Source: Truepera sp. (GTDB lineage: Bacteria; Deinococcota; Deinococci; Deinococcales; Trueperaceae). From it: 64,000 bases of DNA. Both the position numbers and the translations under genes were made by a program. The DNA is taken from the NCBI GenBank assembly GCA_965218435.1, contig CBDCKW010000009.1, positions 1,728,001-1,792,000 on the forward strand, in the 5' to 3' direction. Positions 40,092 to 49,645 of this stretch are shown here, in pieces. Under the pieces are notes generated by a model that saw only the letters and a program-made list of their open reading frames with translations, was not told the origin of the DNA and searched no databases. Numbering within the stretch: the first letter of the stretch is position 1; each line of letters opens with the position of its first letter.

Positions 40092-40960
40092 TTCTAGGCG
40101 CGACCGCACAGGTGTTCGCCTTTGCTCTCTTGTCACTGATCGCCATTTTGGGGGCGCTCGGCATGGCGACGACGATGAGCATGTTTCGGAGCGGTATCTT
40201 CCTGATGGCGTCGTTTATCGGCGTGTCGGGGCTCTTTATCCTCCTCTCCGCCGACCTTTTGGGACTGTTACAAATCATGATGTATATCGGCGGGATGCTG
40301 GTGATGGTGCTTTTTATGGTGCTCTTAATGCATGACCCCGGCGGCAGCATGATGGCGGGGATGGACATGGCCCCGGTTGAAAACTTCTTTAGCCGAGGAC
40401 TGCTCCCCAAAGACGAAGGAGAGGTTGAGGCGGCTCGAGTCGATAACTTAGGTCAAAATGCTGAAGACGAAAGTGACGAGCAGCAAGGTTATCAGCATAG
40501 AAATCATCAGCATGAAGGTCATGACATATCAGCTGACGGGCACGGTAATGGGGATAGTCAGCAAGAGCACGAACATAGCGATATGAACCACGACGACATG
40601 GACATGGGCGATATGGACATGTCTATGGTGACGCCCGTCCGTTCTTACGCGGCGTGGCTCGGGCTCGGTACGGGCGCACTGCTCGTTTTACTCCTCTTGT
40701 TGCGCCCCGCTTGGCCGGTCGCGGACGCACTCCCTGATCCTGACTCGGCGCAGCAGGTCGGCAACCTTTTGATGAGCAAATACATGATGGCGTTCGAGGG
40801 CGCGGGCTTGCTTATCTTGGTCGGTATCTTCGGCGCGGTCTACATCGCACGGCCTGACCGTCATCCGTCGGCGAAGGGACGTGAGGTGCATGTCGGGCAA
40901 GACGAAATGCCTAGTGAACTCGAGGATGACACCTTGAAACCGCTGAGGGACAACGCATGA
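40088..40960 (+). CDS. nuoJ: NADH-quinone oxidoreductase subunit J-like with His/Met-rich insertion
   Basis: LSADLLGLLQIMMYIGGMLVMVLFMV and VGNLLMSKYMMAFEGAGLLIL; about 100-aa insert after TM3. Confidence 0.85.
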   Translation: MILGATAQVFAFALLSLIAILGALGMATTMSMFRSGIFLMASFIGVSGLFILLSADLLGLLQIMMYIGGMLVMVLFMVLLMHDPGGSMMAGMDMAPVENFFSRGLLPKDEGEVEAARVDNLGQNAEDESDEQQGYQHRNHQHEGHDISADGHGNGDSQQEHEHSDMNHDDMDMGDMDMSMVTPVRSYAAWLGLGTGALLVLLLLLRPAWPVADALPDPDSAQQVGNLLMSKYMMAFEGAGLLILVGIFGAVYIARPDRHPSAKGREVHVGQDEMPSELEDDTLKPLRDNA

Positions 40961-41268
40961 TTCTCCCCTTGACAGCTTTTTTAAGCGTTGCTGCCATCCT
41001 CTTCGGCATCGGTGTCTACACCGTCATCGCGCAGCGTTCAGCCGTGATGATTCTGATGGGCGTCGAGGTCCTCTTAAACGCCGTCGGCCTTAACATCGTG
41101 GCCTTCTGGCGTTTTGTCGCCCCTTCAGACTACTCCGGACAGATTTTTCTGATCATCATCGTGACGTTAGGTGCGGTCGAGATGGGCATTGGGCTCGCCA
41201 TTATGATGATGCTCTACCGCAACCGGCAGACCGCACAGGTTGACGATTTTACGGAATTAAAAGGGTGA
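40957..41268 (+). CDS. nuoK: NADH-quinone oxidoreductase subunit K
   Basis: LFGIG, LMGVEVLLNAV, GQIF and AVEMGIGLA. Confidence 0.92.
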   Translation: MILPLTAFLSVAAILFGIGVYTVIAQRSAVMILMGVEVLLNAVGLNIVAFWRFVAPSDYSGQIFLIIIVTLGAVEMGIGLAIMMMLYRNRQTAQVDDFTELKG

Positions 41269-43190
41269 CGGCGCTCCTGATCGCTGTGCCGCTTATGCCC
41301 TTATTAGCTGCACTTGTGATTCCTCTAGGGCAACGTCTGCCAAGCGGCTGGGTGAGCGCGGGCGCGACGGGCGTTTCATTGGCACTTTTACTCGCCCTGT
41401 TCGGGTCGCACCTCAGCATGACGGCGACATGGTTAGGGGTCGGCACTTACACCCTCACAGTTGGGCTCAGCCTGGACCCGCTTTCATATCTGCTGGCGCT
41501 CTTAGTCGCAGGCGTTGGTTTCCTCGTGGGGGTGTACGCAGTCGGGTATATGGCCGATGAACAAGGCAAGCCGCGTTTTTACAGCACCTTGTCATTTTTT
41601 ATCGGAGCGATGCTGACCCTCGTCCTCAGCAATTCGCTGGTGCTGCTGTTCGCCGCTTGGGAGAGTGTCGGGCTGGCGTCGTATCTGCTGATTGGCTTCT
41701 GGTATACCCAAACTGACGCGAAAGAAGCGGCGCGTAAAGCCTTCCTGATGACCCGCTTAGGCGATCTTGGCTTGCTGCTCGGCTGGTTACTCCTGCTCCT
41801 AACGGTTGGCACAACGGATATTCAGACCGTTTTAGGTGCGGTGGGAACAGGTTTGCCTGCAGGCATTGCCACACTCGCGGCTTTTCTCTTGCTTTTGGGA
41901 GCACTCGGTAAGAGCGCACAGCTTCCACTTACAGCTTGGCTCCCTGACGCGATGGCTGGGCCGACACCCGTGTCGGCGCTGATCCACTCGGCCACGATGG
42001 TCGCGGCGGGTGTGTATCTGCTGCTGCGCTTATTCCCACTCTACGAAGCGGCTCCGGGCATCCTCACCGTTGTGCTCTGGTTGGGCGCGCTTACGGCACT
42101 TTTTGCGGCGCTCGTCGCTACGGTGCAAACCGACCTTAAGCGCGTTTTGGCGTGGTCTACGGTGTCACAGCTCGGTGAGATGTTTTTTGCAATCGGTTTG
42201 GGCAGCGCATTTGCCGCAGCCTTTCATTTGGCAATGCACGCACTGTTTAAGTCGGTACTGTTTCTCACGGCGGGTGCGGTCGAGCATATCGTCGGCGGTT
42301 ACGACCTGCGGAAGATGGGCGGGTTGTGGCGACAGCTGCCCCTCACAGCTGGGGTGTTTGCCGCAGCGGGCTTGACGCTGGCGGGGTTTCCGCCTTTTTC
42401 TGCGTTTTGGAGTGAAGAGGCGATTTTGGCTCGAGCCGCGTCTGTTAGCCCATTTGCTGGGGCATTTTTCTTGCTGCTTATCTTTCTTGCCGGGGTGTAT
42501 ATCAGTCGGGCGGGAGTCGCAGCGTTTCTAAGTTGGCCGGGTGCGCCGAAACCAACCGAGAAAAAACCGAGCGTGTGGCTGGCTCTACCGATGCTTGTTC
42601 TGGCTGTGCTTACACTCGGCGCGGGCTGGGTATCGAAGGGGCCGCTCGAGTCCTTCCTCCCCTTTCCTCAACCGCCGGAAGCTCACACGACCTGGACGCT
42701 CTGGGCTGTCGCCGCAAGTGTTTTAGGGCTCGTCTTTGGAAGTTGGCGAACGTTGCAACATGGCCTCGTACCGACTTTTGGCAGGTTTCCGGTGGGGTTG
42801 GGGCACGGCCTCAACGTTCTGACCTCTACGCCCGTGACGATAGTGCATACGGTTTCGGCAGGTGTAAACGGGCTCGAGCACACCCTTGATGCTTTCGTCA
42901 GACAGCTTGCAAGCGGCACTCTTATGCTAACGGGCAGCCTAAACCGTGCTGAGAGTAGCTTTGATAGGGGGGCTCGAGGTTTCGCGTCTATAACTCTAAG
43001 AACTGCTACCGGAACCGAGAAAGCTGAACAAAGGGGATTCTCAAGAGGTGGCGACGCTTTCGCACGCCTCTTCAGCCGTTCCGGGCAGCGGCTACGCACC
43101 ACTGAGAGCGGCAAACTTTATCTTTATACGCTTGTCCTGTTCGTCTGGGTCGCAGGGGTCGTCGTCGGAGGCGTGCTGCTGTGGTGGTAA
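41265..43190 (+). CDS. nuoL: NADH-quinone oxidoreductase subunit L-like antiporter subunit
   Basis: WESVGLASYLLIGF, KAFLMTRLGD, GKSAQLPL..WLPDAMAGPTPVSALIHSATMV and HALFK; terminal TM16. Confidence 0.92.
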   Translation: MTALLIAVPLMPLLAALVIPLGQRLPSGWVSAGATGVSLALLLALFGSHLSMTATWLGVGTYTLTVGLSLDPLSYLLALLVAGVGFLVGVYAVGYMADEQGKPRFYSTLSFFIGAMLTLVLSNSLVLLFAAWESVGLASYLLIGFWYTQTDAKEAARKAFLMTRLGDLGLLLGWLLLLLTVGTTDIQTVLGAVGTGLPAGIATLAAFLLLLGALGKSAQLPLTAWLPDAMAGPTPVSALIHSATMVAAGVYLLLRLFPLYEAAPGILTVVLWLGALTALFAALVATVQTDLKRVLAWSTVSQLGEMFFAIGLGSAFAAAFHLAMHALFKSVLFLTAGAVEHIVGGYDLRKMGGLWRQLPLTAGVFAAAGLTLAGFPPFSAFWSEEAILARAASVSPFAGAFFLLLIFLAGVYISRAGVAAFLSWPGAPKPTEKKPSVWLALPMLVLAVLTLGAGWVSKGPLESFLPFPQPPEAHTTWTLWAVAASVLGLVFGSWRTLQHGLVPTFGRFPVGLGHGLNVLTSTPVTIVHTVSAGVNGLEHTLDAFVRQLASGTLMLTGSLNRAESSFDRGARGFASITLRTATGTEKAEQRGFSRGGDAFARLFSRSGQRLRTTESGKLYLYTLVLFVWVAGVVVGGVLLWW

Positions 43191-43221
43191 CGAAATCTAA
43201 AACGCTCATTGCGGGGGCATC

Positions 43222-44691
43222 ATGCTGAGTATCACCATTTTTTTACCGCTCCTGACGGGGCTCGTCGTCCTAGCCTTACCCAATGTCCGGGCAATACGCT
43301 GGACGGCCCTCGCCGGGTCGCTGCTGACGCTCCTTTTCACGCTTATTTTGTGGGCGGGCTATAACCCAACCGGTTCACAGCTTCAGTGGCACGCGGCGGC
43401 TCCGTGGATTCCAAGTATTGGGGCGAGTTACGACTTGGCGGTTACCGGTCTTTCGCTCCCACTTATGGTTCTCACCGCGCTGCTGCTCAGCCTGACGATG
43501 GTTTATGTGTTGCCCGAGCACGACCGGGCGAAAGCGCACGCGTTTTTGTTCCTGCTGATGGGCACAGGGTTACTCGGTCTGTTCGGGGCTCGAGACCTGC
43601 TCCTCTTCTACCTTTTTTTCGAGGTTGCCCTCGTCCCGATGTACTTTATCGTCGGCATCTGGGGGGGCGAGAACCGGCGGTACGCCGCGCTCAAGTTCTT
43701 TCTCTATACCCGCGTCGGCAGCCTCGCCATGCTGCTGAGCTTTTTGGCACTCTATCTGGCAAGCGGCCGCAGCTTTTCACTCGCTGAGATCAGCACAGCG
43801 CAACCCTTTGCGGGTTCAGGGACCGGATTTTGGGTCTTTTTGGGCTTACTGCTCGGTTTCGGCGTAAAACTGCCGACGGTGCCGCTCCACAACTGGCTCC
43901 CCGATGCCCACGTCGAAGCGCCGACCGAGGGCAGCGTGATGCTCGCCGGAATTCAGCTCAAGATGGGCGCGTACGGCTTTTTAGCCATTATGCTGCCAAC
44001 CTTGCCCGACACGGTGCGGCAATACGCCTGGCTCCTGATGCTCTTGGCGCTGGTGTCGCTCGTTTACGGCGCGCTAGCGGCGCTCGCGCAGAGCGACCTC
44101 AAACGGCTGATCGCCTACACCTCGGTCAATCACATGGGTTTTGTGCTTCTAGGGGTGGCGGTGTGGGGGCTCTCGAGTGACCCCGGCGTCCGGCAGCTCG
44201 CCCTGAGCGGCGCGGTGTTGCAGACCATCAGCCACGGGCTTTTGACGGGCGGGATGTTCTTTCTGGCAGGGATTTTGCAGCATCAGGCAGGCACACGGGA
44301 GCTGGCGCGTTTTGGCGGACTACTGGGAAAGGTGCCGGGATACAGCGGTCTTTTGGGCCTCTTGGCGTTTGGTTCGTTGGGATTACCGGGGCTTTCGGGT
44401 TTCGTCGCCGAGTTTCAGGTCATCGGCGCAACCTTGTCGGTCAATATCTGGTTCGCGCTGGTCGCGGTTTTGGGGCTGATCATCTCGACGGCGCTCTACC
44501 TCAAGGTGTTGACTGCTCTGCTGATGGGCACGCCGCCTGACGATATGCCCACGGTGCGTGAGCTGAATCCGCGTGAGGCGACCGCTGTGATTCCGCTGGC
44601 TGTTCTGTCGCTGACGATTGGGTTGCTACCGGGACCATTTTTACGCGTGTTGGGGACAACTGTTCGCGCTCTAGCTCGGCTCGGAAGCTAG
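43222..44691 (+). CDS. nuoM: NADH-quinone oxidoreductase subunit M
   Basis: FFEVALVPMY, KFFLYT, VKLPTVPLHNWLPDAHVEAP, LKMGAYG, SHGL and GLPGLSGFVAEF. Confidence 0.93.
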   Translation: MLSITIFLPLLTGLVVLALPNVRAIRWTALAGSLLTLLFTLILWAGYNPTGSQLQWHAAAPWIPSIGASYDLAVTGLSLPLMVLTALLLSLTMVYVLPEHDRAKAHAFLFLLMGTGLLGLFGARDLLLFYLFFEVALVPMYFIVGIWGGENRRYAALKFFLYTRVGSLAMLLSFLALYLASGRSFSLAEISTAQPFAGSGTGFWVFLGLLLGFGVKLPTVPLHNWLPDAHVEAPTEGSVMLAGIQLKMGAYGFLAIMLPTLPDTVRQYAWLLMLLALVSLVYGALAALAQSDLKRLIAYTSVNHMGFVLLGVAVWGLSSDPGVRQLALSGAVLQTISHGLLTGGMFFLAGILQHQAGTRELARFGGLLGKVPGYSGLLGLLAFGSLGLPGLSGFVAEFQVIGATLSVNIWFALVAVLGLIISTALYLKVLTALLMGTPPDDMPTVRELNPREATAVIPLAVLSLTIGLLPGPFLRVLGTTVRALARLGS

Positions 44692-44695
44692 CGAG

Positions 44696-46135
44696 ATGGA
44701 GTGCATGGACCTCTGGGCCATCGTCCCAGAGCTGATCTTAGCTGGTTTCGCGCTGCTACTCGTCCCGGTTGCCGGTCTGAGCAAAGGACGCGGGCAAAAC
44801 GTCGTGGTGTTTTTAGCGGTGTGCGGGCTTATCGCGGCGACTGTGTTTAGCGTACGGATGCTCCTCTGGAGAGACCAAGCCGTCTTTTGCGGGACCTACG
44901 CCGTAGACGGTTTCGGTACGGTGTTTAAGCTTCTGATTTTGTTCGGGGCACTCCTGTCACTTTTGGCTATCGGCGCACATTTCCGGGGGACGGGCAAAGA
45001 AGGACACGCCGCCGTCGCCTTGCTCTTTTCGACCCTGGGCGGGGTGTTGGCGGCCTCGAGCCTTGACTTAGGTCTCATCGTGCTCTTTTTACAGCTGCTC
45101 AGCATGGCCTCGTACATCTTAGTGGCGCTGGTACGAACCAATAGGGAGGCAAACGAGGCGGCGCTCAAATACTTTATCTACGGGGCGGTGGCGCTGGCGG
45201 TGATGGCTTACGGGCTTTCGTTTTTGTACGGCCTCACTGGAAGCCTCTCACTACCGGCAATTGGAGGAAGCTTGCGCAGTGCCGATGGCGTCTGGGTGGC
45301 GCTCGCCTTTGGTTTTGTCTTGATCGGCTACGCCTTTGAGATTACGGCGGTGCCCTTTCACTTCTGGGCACCCGACGTATACACCGGCGCTTCTGCGCCC
45401 GTCACCGGGTTTTTGTCGGTTGTACCTAAACTGGCGGGCTTTGCGGCGCTCTTGCGGTTTCTCCTCGTCGCGCTCCCCGGCGGTATGGCGGCGTGGCCGC
45501 TCGCGGTGGCGATTTTGGCCGCTCTCACCATGACGCTCGGCAATCTAGTTGCCTTGCGGCAAACACGGCTCAAACGGCTGTTGGCTTACTCGAGCATCGC
45601 CCAAGCGGGGTATGTGCTGATGGCCGCGGCCGTTTCTGAGCGCGTACCCTCAGCTCTGGGCGCCGCTGGCTACTACCTGCTCGCGTACTCCCTGATGAAT
45701 CTCGGAGCGTTCGTGGTGGCGGCGCAGCTCGAGCGCCTCACCGGGAGCGACGAATTACGGGGCTTGCGGGGTCTGGGCCAACGCTCGCCGCTGGCGGCTG
45801 TGGGCCTCACCTTGTCCCTTTTATCCCTGGCGGGTATTCCGCCGCTCGCAGGGTTTGCCGGGAAGGTACTCCTCTTAGACGTCACCCTCTCCGGTGGTCT
45901 AACCTGGCTGGCCGTCGTCGGTGTATTGAACTTCGCTGTGGCGCTCTACTACTACCTCTTGCCGATTGTTGAGATGTACCTGCGTGCGCCGGAAACCACA
46001 GACCGTGTTCCTAATTGGCCGGGGTATCTCGTGGCGCTCGGCGTCAGCGTTTTCGGCACGCTTTTGATCGGTATCTTGCCAAGCACCGTACTCAGCGTGA
46101 CGCAGCACCTCTCGAGGGTTTTTAACAAAGGCTAA
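44696..46135 (+). CDS. nuoN: NADH-quinone oxidoreductase subunit N
   Basis: EAALKYF, VPFHFWAPDVYTGA, PKLAG, KRLLAYSSIAQAGY and GIPPLAGFAGK. Confidence 0.93.
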   Translation: MECMDLWAIVPELILAGFALLLVPVAGLSKGRGQNVVVFLAVCGLIAATVFSVRMLLWRDQAVFCGTYAVDGFGTVFKLLILFGALLSLLAIGAHFRGTGKEGHAAVALLFSTLGGVLAASSLDLGLIVLFLQLLSMASYILVALVRTNREANEAALKYFIYGAVALAVMAYGLSFLYGLTGSLSLPAIGGSLRSADGVWVALAFGFVLIGYAFEITAVPFHFWAPDVYTGASAPVTGFLSVVPKLAGFAALLRFLLVALPGGMAAWPLAVAILAALTMTLGNLVALRQTRLKRLLAYSSIAQAGYVLMAAAVSERVPSALGAAGYYLLAYSLMNLGAFVVAAQLERLTGSDELRGLRGLGQRSPLAAVGLTLSLLSLAGIPPLAGFAGKVLLLDVTLSGGLTWLAVVGVLNFAVALYYYLLPIVEMYLRAPETTDRVPNWPGYLVALGVSVFGTLLIGILPSTVLSVTQHLSRVFNKG

Positions 46136-46261
46136 GACACCTCGCTTCAAAGTGCTAGACGGCCGTGACAAAGGAGTGTTTTTAGAAAGGTTTCCGGCAC
46201 TTGGGTGCTACTTTACTTTTATCCCTTACGTTTTGCGGCGACTACCCGGTGCGGGGTTCTG

Positions 46262-46293
46262 GTTCTTACCGTGCCAAGTTCTTACCGTGCCAA
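46262..46293. repeat. Perfect 16-bp tandem duplication
   Basis: GTTCTTACCGTGCCAA x2. Confidence 0.9.
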
Positions 46294-46456
46294 GTAGAGC
46301 AGACCCCGTAAACTAAGGGATGACCCCCGCCGCGCCGATCGCCGAATGGGAGCAAGTGACTACTGAGAATGTCGCCACTCAAAGCCACTTTTCAAGCTTC
46401 TATTGTCGTTTGACTAAATCAAAAGCTTGTATCTATCTGGCTTGTAAGGGTGCCTT

Positions 46457-49400
46457 GTGACCTTTGACGAGTACCAAGCCAGCCTCGAGGCCGACTTTAA
46501 GCGAGGCAACGCTACCGAACACACCTATAGGGGCACCTTAAAAGCGTTGCTCGAGTCTAAGTTTCCGGGCATCGTCGCCACGAACGAACCCAAACGCATT
46601 TCTGCAGGCGCACCCGATTACGTCATCTCTCGAGGCGAAACCCCGCTGGGTTACATCGAAGCTAAAGACTTAGGCCGTTTAGACAACCCGACCGACCGGG
46701 AAAAAGAGCAGCTGGGGCGCTACCTCGGCAGTTTAGGCAACCTCATCTATACGGACTACTTAGAGTTTCGCTGGTTTGTCGAAGGACAGCACCGCTTGAC
46801 CGCACGGCTGGCAAGTATCAACGGCAAAGGGTTACGGGTAGAGCCTGACGGCGCACAAAACCTCGAGATGCTACTCAAGGGCTTTTTAGGCGTCACAGCC
46901 CCAACGATTAAGAGCCCGTCAGCCCTAGCCCGCAAGATGGCCGCGTTAGCCCAACAGATACGGCACACCATCTTAGGGGCGTTTAACGCCGAAGACTTAA
47001 CAGACGACCATCCCGACCCGCTGCACGACCAGTACCAGGCGTTCCGGGAAGTCTTACTCTCTGATTTGACCCCCACACAGTTTGCCGACATGTACGCCCA
47101 GACCATCACCTACGGGATGTTTGCTGCCCGCACGAGTCCGAACTTTACGCCGCCCTTTACCCGGTACAAAGCAGCGTATGACATCCCGAAGACCAATCCC
47201 TTTTTACGCACCGTGTTTCGGCAGATGGTCGGGCCGGAACTCGAGTCCAGTGTGGACTGGATTGTAGACGATTTAGTCAACCTCTTAGCGCACGCTGATA
47301 TTGGCGCTATCTTGCAAGACTTTGGCACCCGGACTCGTACTGAAGACCCGGTAGTCCATTTTTACGAAACGTTCCTAGCCGCGTATGACCCCAAGATGCG
47401 CGAGGCGAGAGGCGTCTACTACACCCCTGAGCCGGTGGTCTCTTACATCGTCAGAAGTGTTGACCATATCCTTAAAAAAGACTTTGGGCTTAGAGACGGG
47501 TTAGCCGACACCTCAAAAGTAAGAGTGATAGACCCTGAACAGCGCAGCCAAAAAGACCGTAAGACCAAAGACGTGCACAAGGTGCAAATCCTCGACCCGG
47601 CGACCGGCACGGCGACGTTTTTACATGCGGTCATAGACCAAATCCACAGCACCATTGTCGGACAGACCGGCGGGAACAAGGGGCTGTGGTCGGGGTACGT
47701 GAAGAATCACCTGTTGCCCCGGTTACACGGGTTTGAGTTATTGATGGCTCCCTATACCGTGGCGCATATGAAGCTGGGGTTGCAGCTCGCTGAACTCGGT
47801 TATGACTTCGACTCTAACGAACGGCTCAAGATTTACCTGACGAACGCTTTAGAAGAGGCGCACCAGTTTCCGAGTTTGCCGCTGTTTGGGCAGGCCATCG
47901 CCAGAGAGAGCCAAGAGGCGGGGCAGGTCAAGCAAGATGCGCCGGTGATGGTGGTGCTAGGGAACCCGCCGTATTCCTATGCGTCTTCAAACAACGGTGA
48001 ATGGATTAGCAAAATCATCAGAGACTACTACACTGTAGACGGGCAACCGCTAGGTGAACGCAACCCTAGAGGCTTGCAAGACGACTATGTAAAGTTCCTT
48101 CGCTTTTCTCAATGGCGCATTGAGCAGACGGGCTACGGCGTTCTGGGGTTTGTTACTGCTCACGGCTATCTGGACAACCCGACCTTTAGAGGGATGCGTC
48201 AAAGCTTGATGAATACCTTCGATGACCTTTATGTGCTTGACCTTCACGGCAATAGCAATAAGAAGGAGCGCACCCCGGACGGCGGCAAAGACGAAAATGT
48301 GTTCGACATCATGCAAGGTGTGTCCATCGGCATCTTTATCAAAAAGCCGAGCAGCTTAGAGAAGCGGGTATACAAGGCTGACCTTTACGGCTCGAGGGCA
48401 GACAAGTACAAAACCTTGTGGGAAAGCGACATTTCAAAAACTGAGTGGAAAGAGGTAAATCCGCAAACACCTTTTTACCTTTTCGCTTCCCAACAAGAAG
48501 ACATCTGGGACGAATACAAAGTATGGAACAAAATCACTGAGATAATGCTTACCCACTCAGTTGGCATCTTGACCTCAAGAGATGAACTAACAATTAAGTT
48601 CAGCCAAGAAGAGGTACTTCGCACAGTGAAAGATTTTATTAAGCTCTCCGAGGAAGATGTTCGACGCACATTCAATCTTCCAGAAGACAGTAGGGACTGG
48701 AAAATCTCTTATGCTCAAGAAGATTTGAGAAATAGCAAGATAAGTGATGCGAACGTGCTGCCCATATCCTATCGGCCATTTGATACGAAATATACCTACT
48801 TCACGGGAAAGTCTAGAGGCTTTCATAGCACTCCAAGAACGAATGTGATGAAACACATGCGGCGTGATAACCTTGCGCTGCTAACGAGCAGATTGACTAA
48901 GGGTGAGAAATTTGCTCATGCCTTGGCTACAAAGCATTTATCTGAGAAGATTTTACTTTCTGCTAAAACCTCAAATAATAGCTTTCATTTTCCACTCTAC
49001 CTCTACCCAGACACCTCTAACCTCTTTGACATCGGCGTGCGCCGCCCCAACCTCGCACCGGAGTTCACCGCAGAGTTTGCCGAGAAGGTGGGGCTCGAGT
49101 TTATAGGAGACGGCCAAGGCGACCTGACAAGTACCTTTGGCCCTGAAGACGTGTTTCACTACATCTACGCGGTGTTTCACGCGCCCAGCTACCGGGAACG
49201 CTACGCCGAATTTCTTAAGATTGACTTTCCACGGGTGCCGCTCACGAGTAGCTTGGGGCTATTCCGCACGCTCACTGCTTACGGTGAAACACTGGTAGCA
49301 CTGCACCTCATGGAACGAGTCGGCAGTCCGATCAGCAGCTACCCGGTAGACGGGGACAACATCGTAGACAAGGTGAGCTTTTCTGAGAACGAAGACGGTA

Positions 49401-49645
49401 AGACGGGGCGCGTCTACCTCAACCAGACGCAATACTTTGATGGGGTGCCGGTAAAGGTTTGGAACTTTTACGTGGGTGGGTATCAGGTGTGTCAAAAGTG
49501 GCTTAAAGACCGCAAGGGGCGCACGCTTTCGTATGACGACCTGCGGCACTACGGCTTTATCGTTTCGGCACTGTTTGAAACCATCGGCGTGATGGGTGAG
49601 GTTGATACGGCGATAGAAGGGGCTGGAGGGTGGCCTTTAGCTTAG
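46457..49645 (+). CDS. Single-chain restriction-modification enzyme (nuclease + N6-adenine methyltransferase + LlaBIII-like C-terminal specificity domain; Type IIG/ISP-like, no helicase)
   Basis: PD..IEAK nuclease motif; HFYETFL, GVYYTP, LDPATGT (motif I), GNPPY (motif IV), YRPFD and FPRVP. Confidence 0.88.
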   Translation: MTFDEYQASLEADFKRGNATEHTYRGTLKALLESKFPGIVATNEPKRISAGAPDYVISRGETPLGYIEAKDLGRLDNPTDREKEQLGRYLGSLGNLIYTDYLEFRWFVEGQHRLTARLASINGKGLRVEPDGAQNLEMLLKGFLGVTAPTIKSPSALARKMAALAQQIRHTILGAFNAEDLTDDHPDPLHDQYQAFREVLLSDLTPTQFADMYAQTITYGMFAARTSPNFTPPFTRYKAAYDIPKTNPFLRTVFRQMVGPELESSVDWIVDDLVNLLAHADIGAILQDFGTRTRTEDPVVHFYETFLAAYDPKMREARGVYYTPEPVVSYIVRSVDHILKKDFGLRDGLADTSKVRVIDPEQRSQKDRKTKDVHKVQILDPATGTATFLHAVIDQIHSTIVGQTGGNKGLWSGYVKNHLLPRLHGFELLMAPYTVAHMKLGLQLAELGYDFDSNERLKIYLTNALEEAHQFPSLPLFGQAIARESQEAGQVKQDAPVMVVLGNPPYSYASSNNGEWISKIIRDYYTVDGQPLGERNPRGLQDDYVKFLRFSQWRIEQTGYGVLGFVTAHGYLDNPTFRGMRQSLMNTFDDLYVLDLHGNSNKKERTPDGGKDENVFDIMQGVSIGIFIKKPSSLEKRVYKADLYGSRADKYKTLWESDISKTEWKEVNPQTPFYLFASQQEDIWDEYKVWNKITEIMLTHSVGILTSRDELTIKFSQEEVLRTVKDFIKLSEEDVRRTFNLPEDSRDWKISYAQEDLRNSKISDANVLPISYRPFDTKYTYFTGKSRGFHSTPRTNVMKHMRRDNLALLTSRLTKGEKFAHALATKHLSEKILLSAKTSNNSFHFPLYLYPDTSNLFDIGVRRPNLAPEFTAEFAEKVGLEFIGDGQGDLTSTFGPEDVFHYIYAVFHAPSYRERYAEFLKIDFPRVPLTSSLGLFRTLTAYGETLVALHLMERVGSPISSYPVDGDNIVDKVSFSENEDGKTGRVYLNQTQYFDGVPVKVWNFYVGGYQVCQKWLKDRKGRTLSYDDLRHYGFIVSALFETIGVMGEVDTAIEGAGGWPLA

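Noticed and set aside
38884..46135. Mrp Na+/H+ antiporter or hydrogenase-4 operon
   Set aside because: Contains NuoA-, H-, J- and K-like genes in nuo order, with no MrpE/F/G or hydrogenase subunits
46262..46293. CRISPR array
   Set aside because: Only two adjacent 16-bp copies, with no spacers and no cas genes
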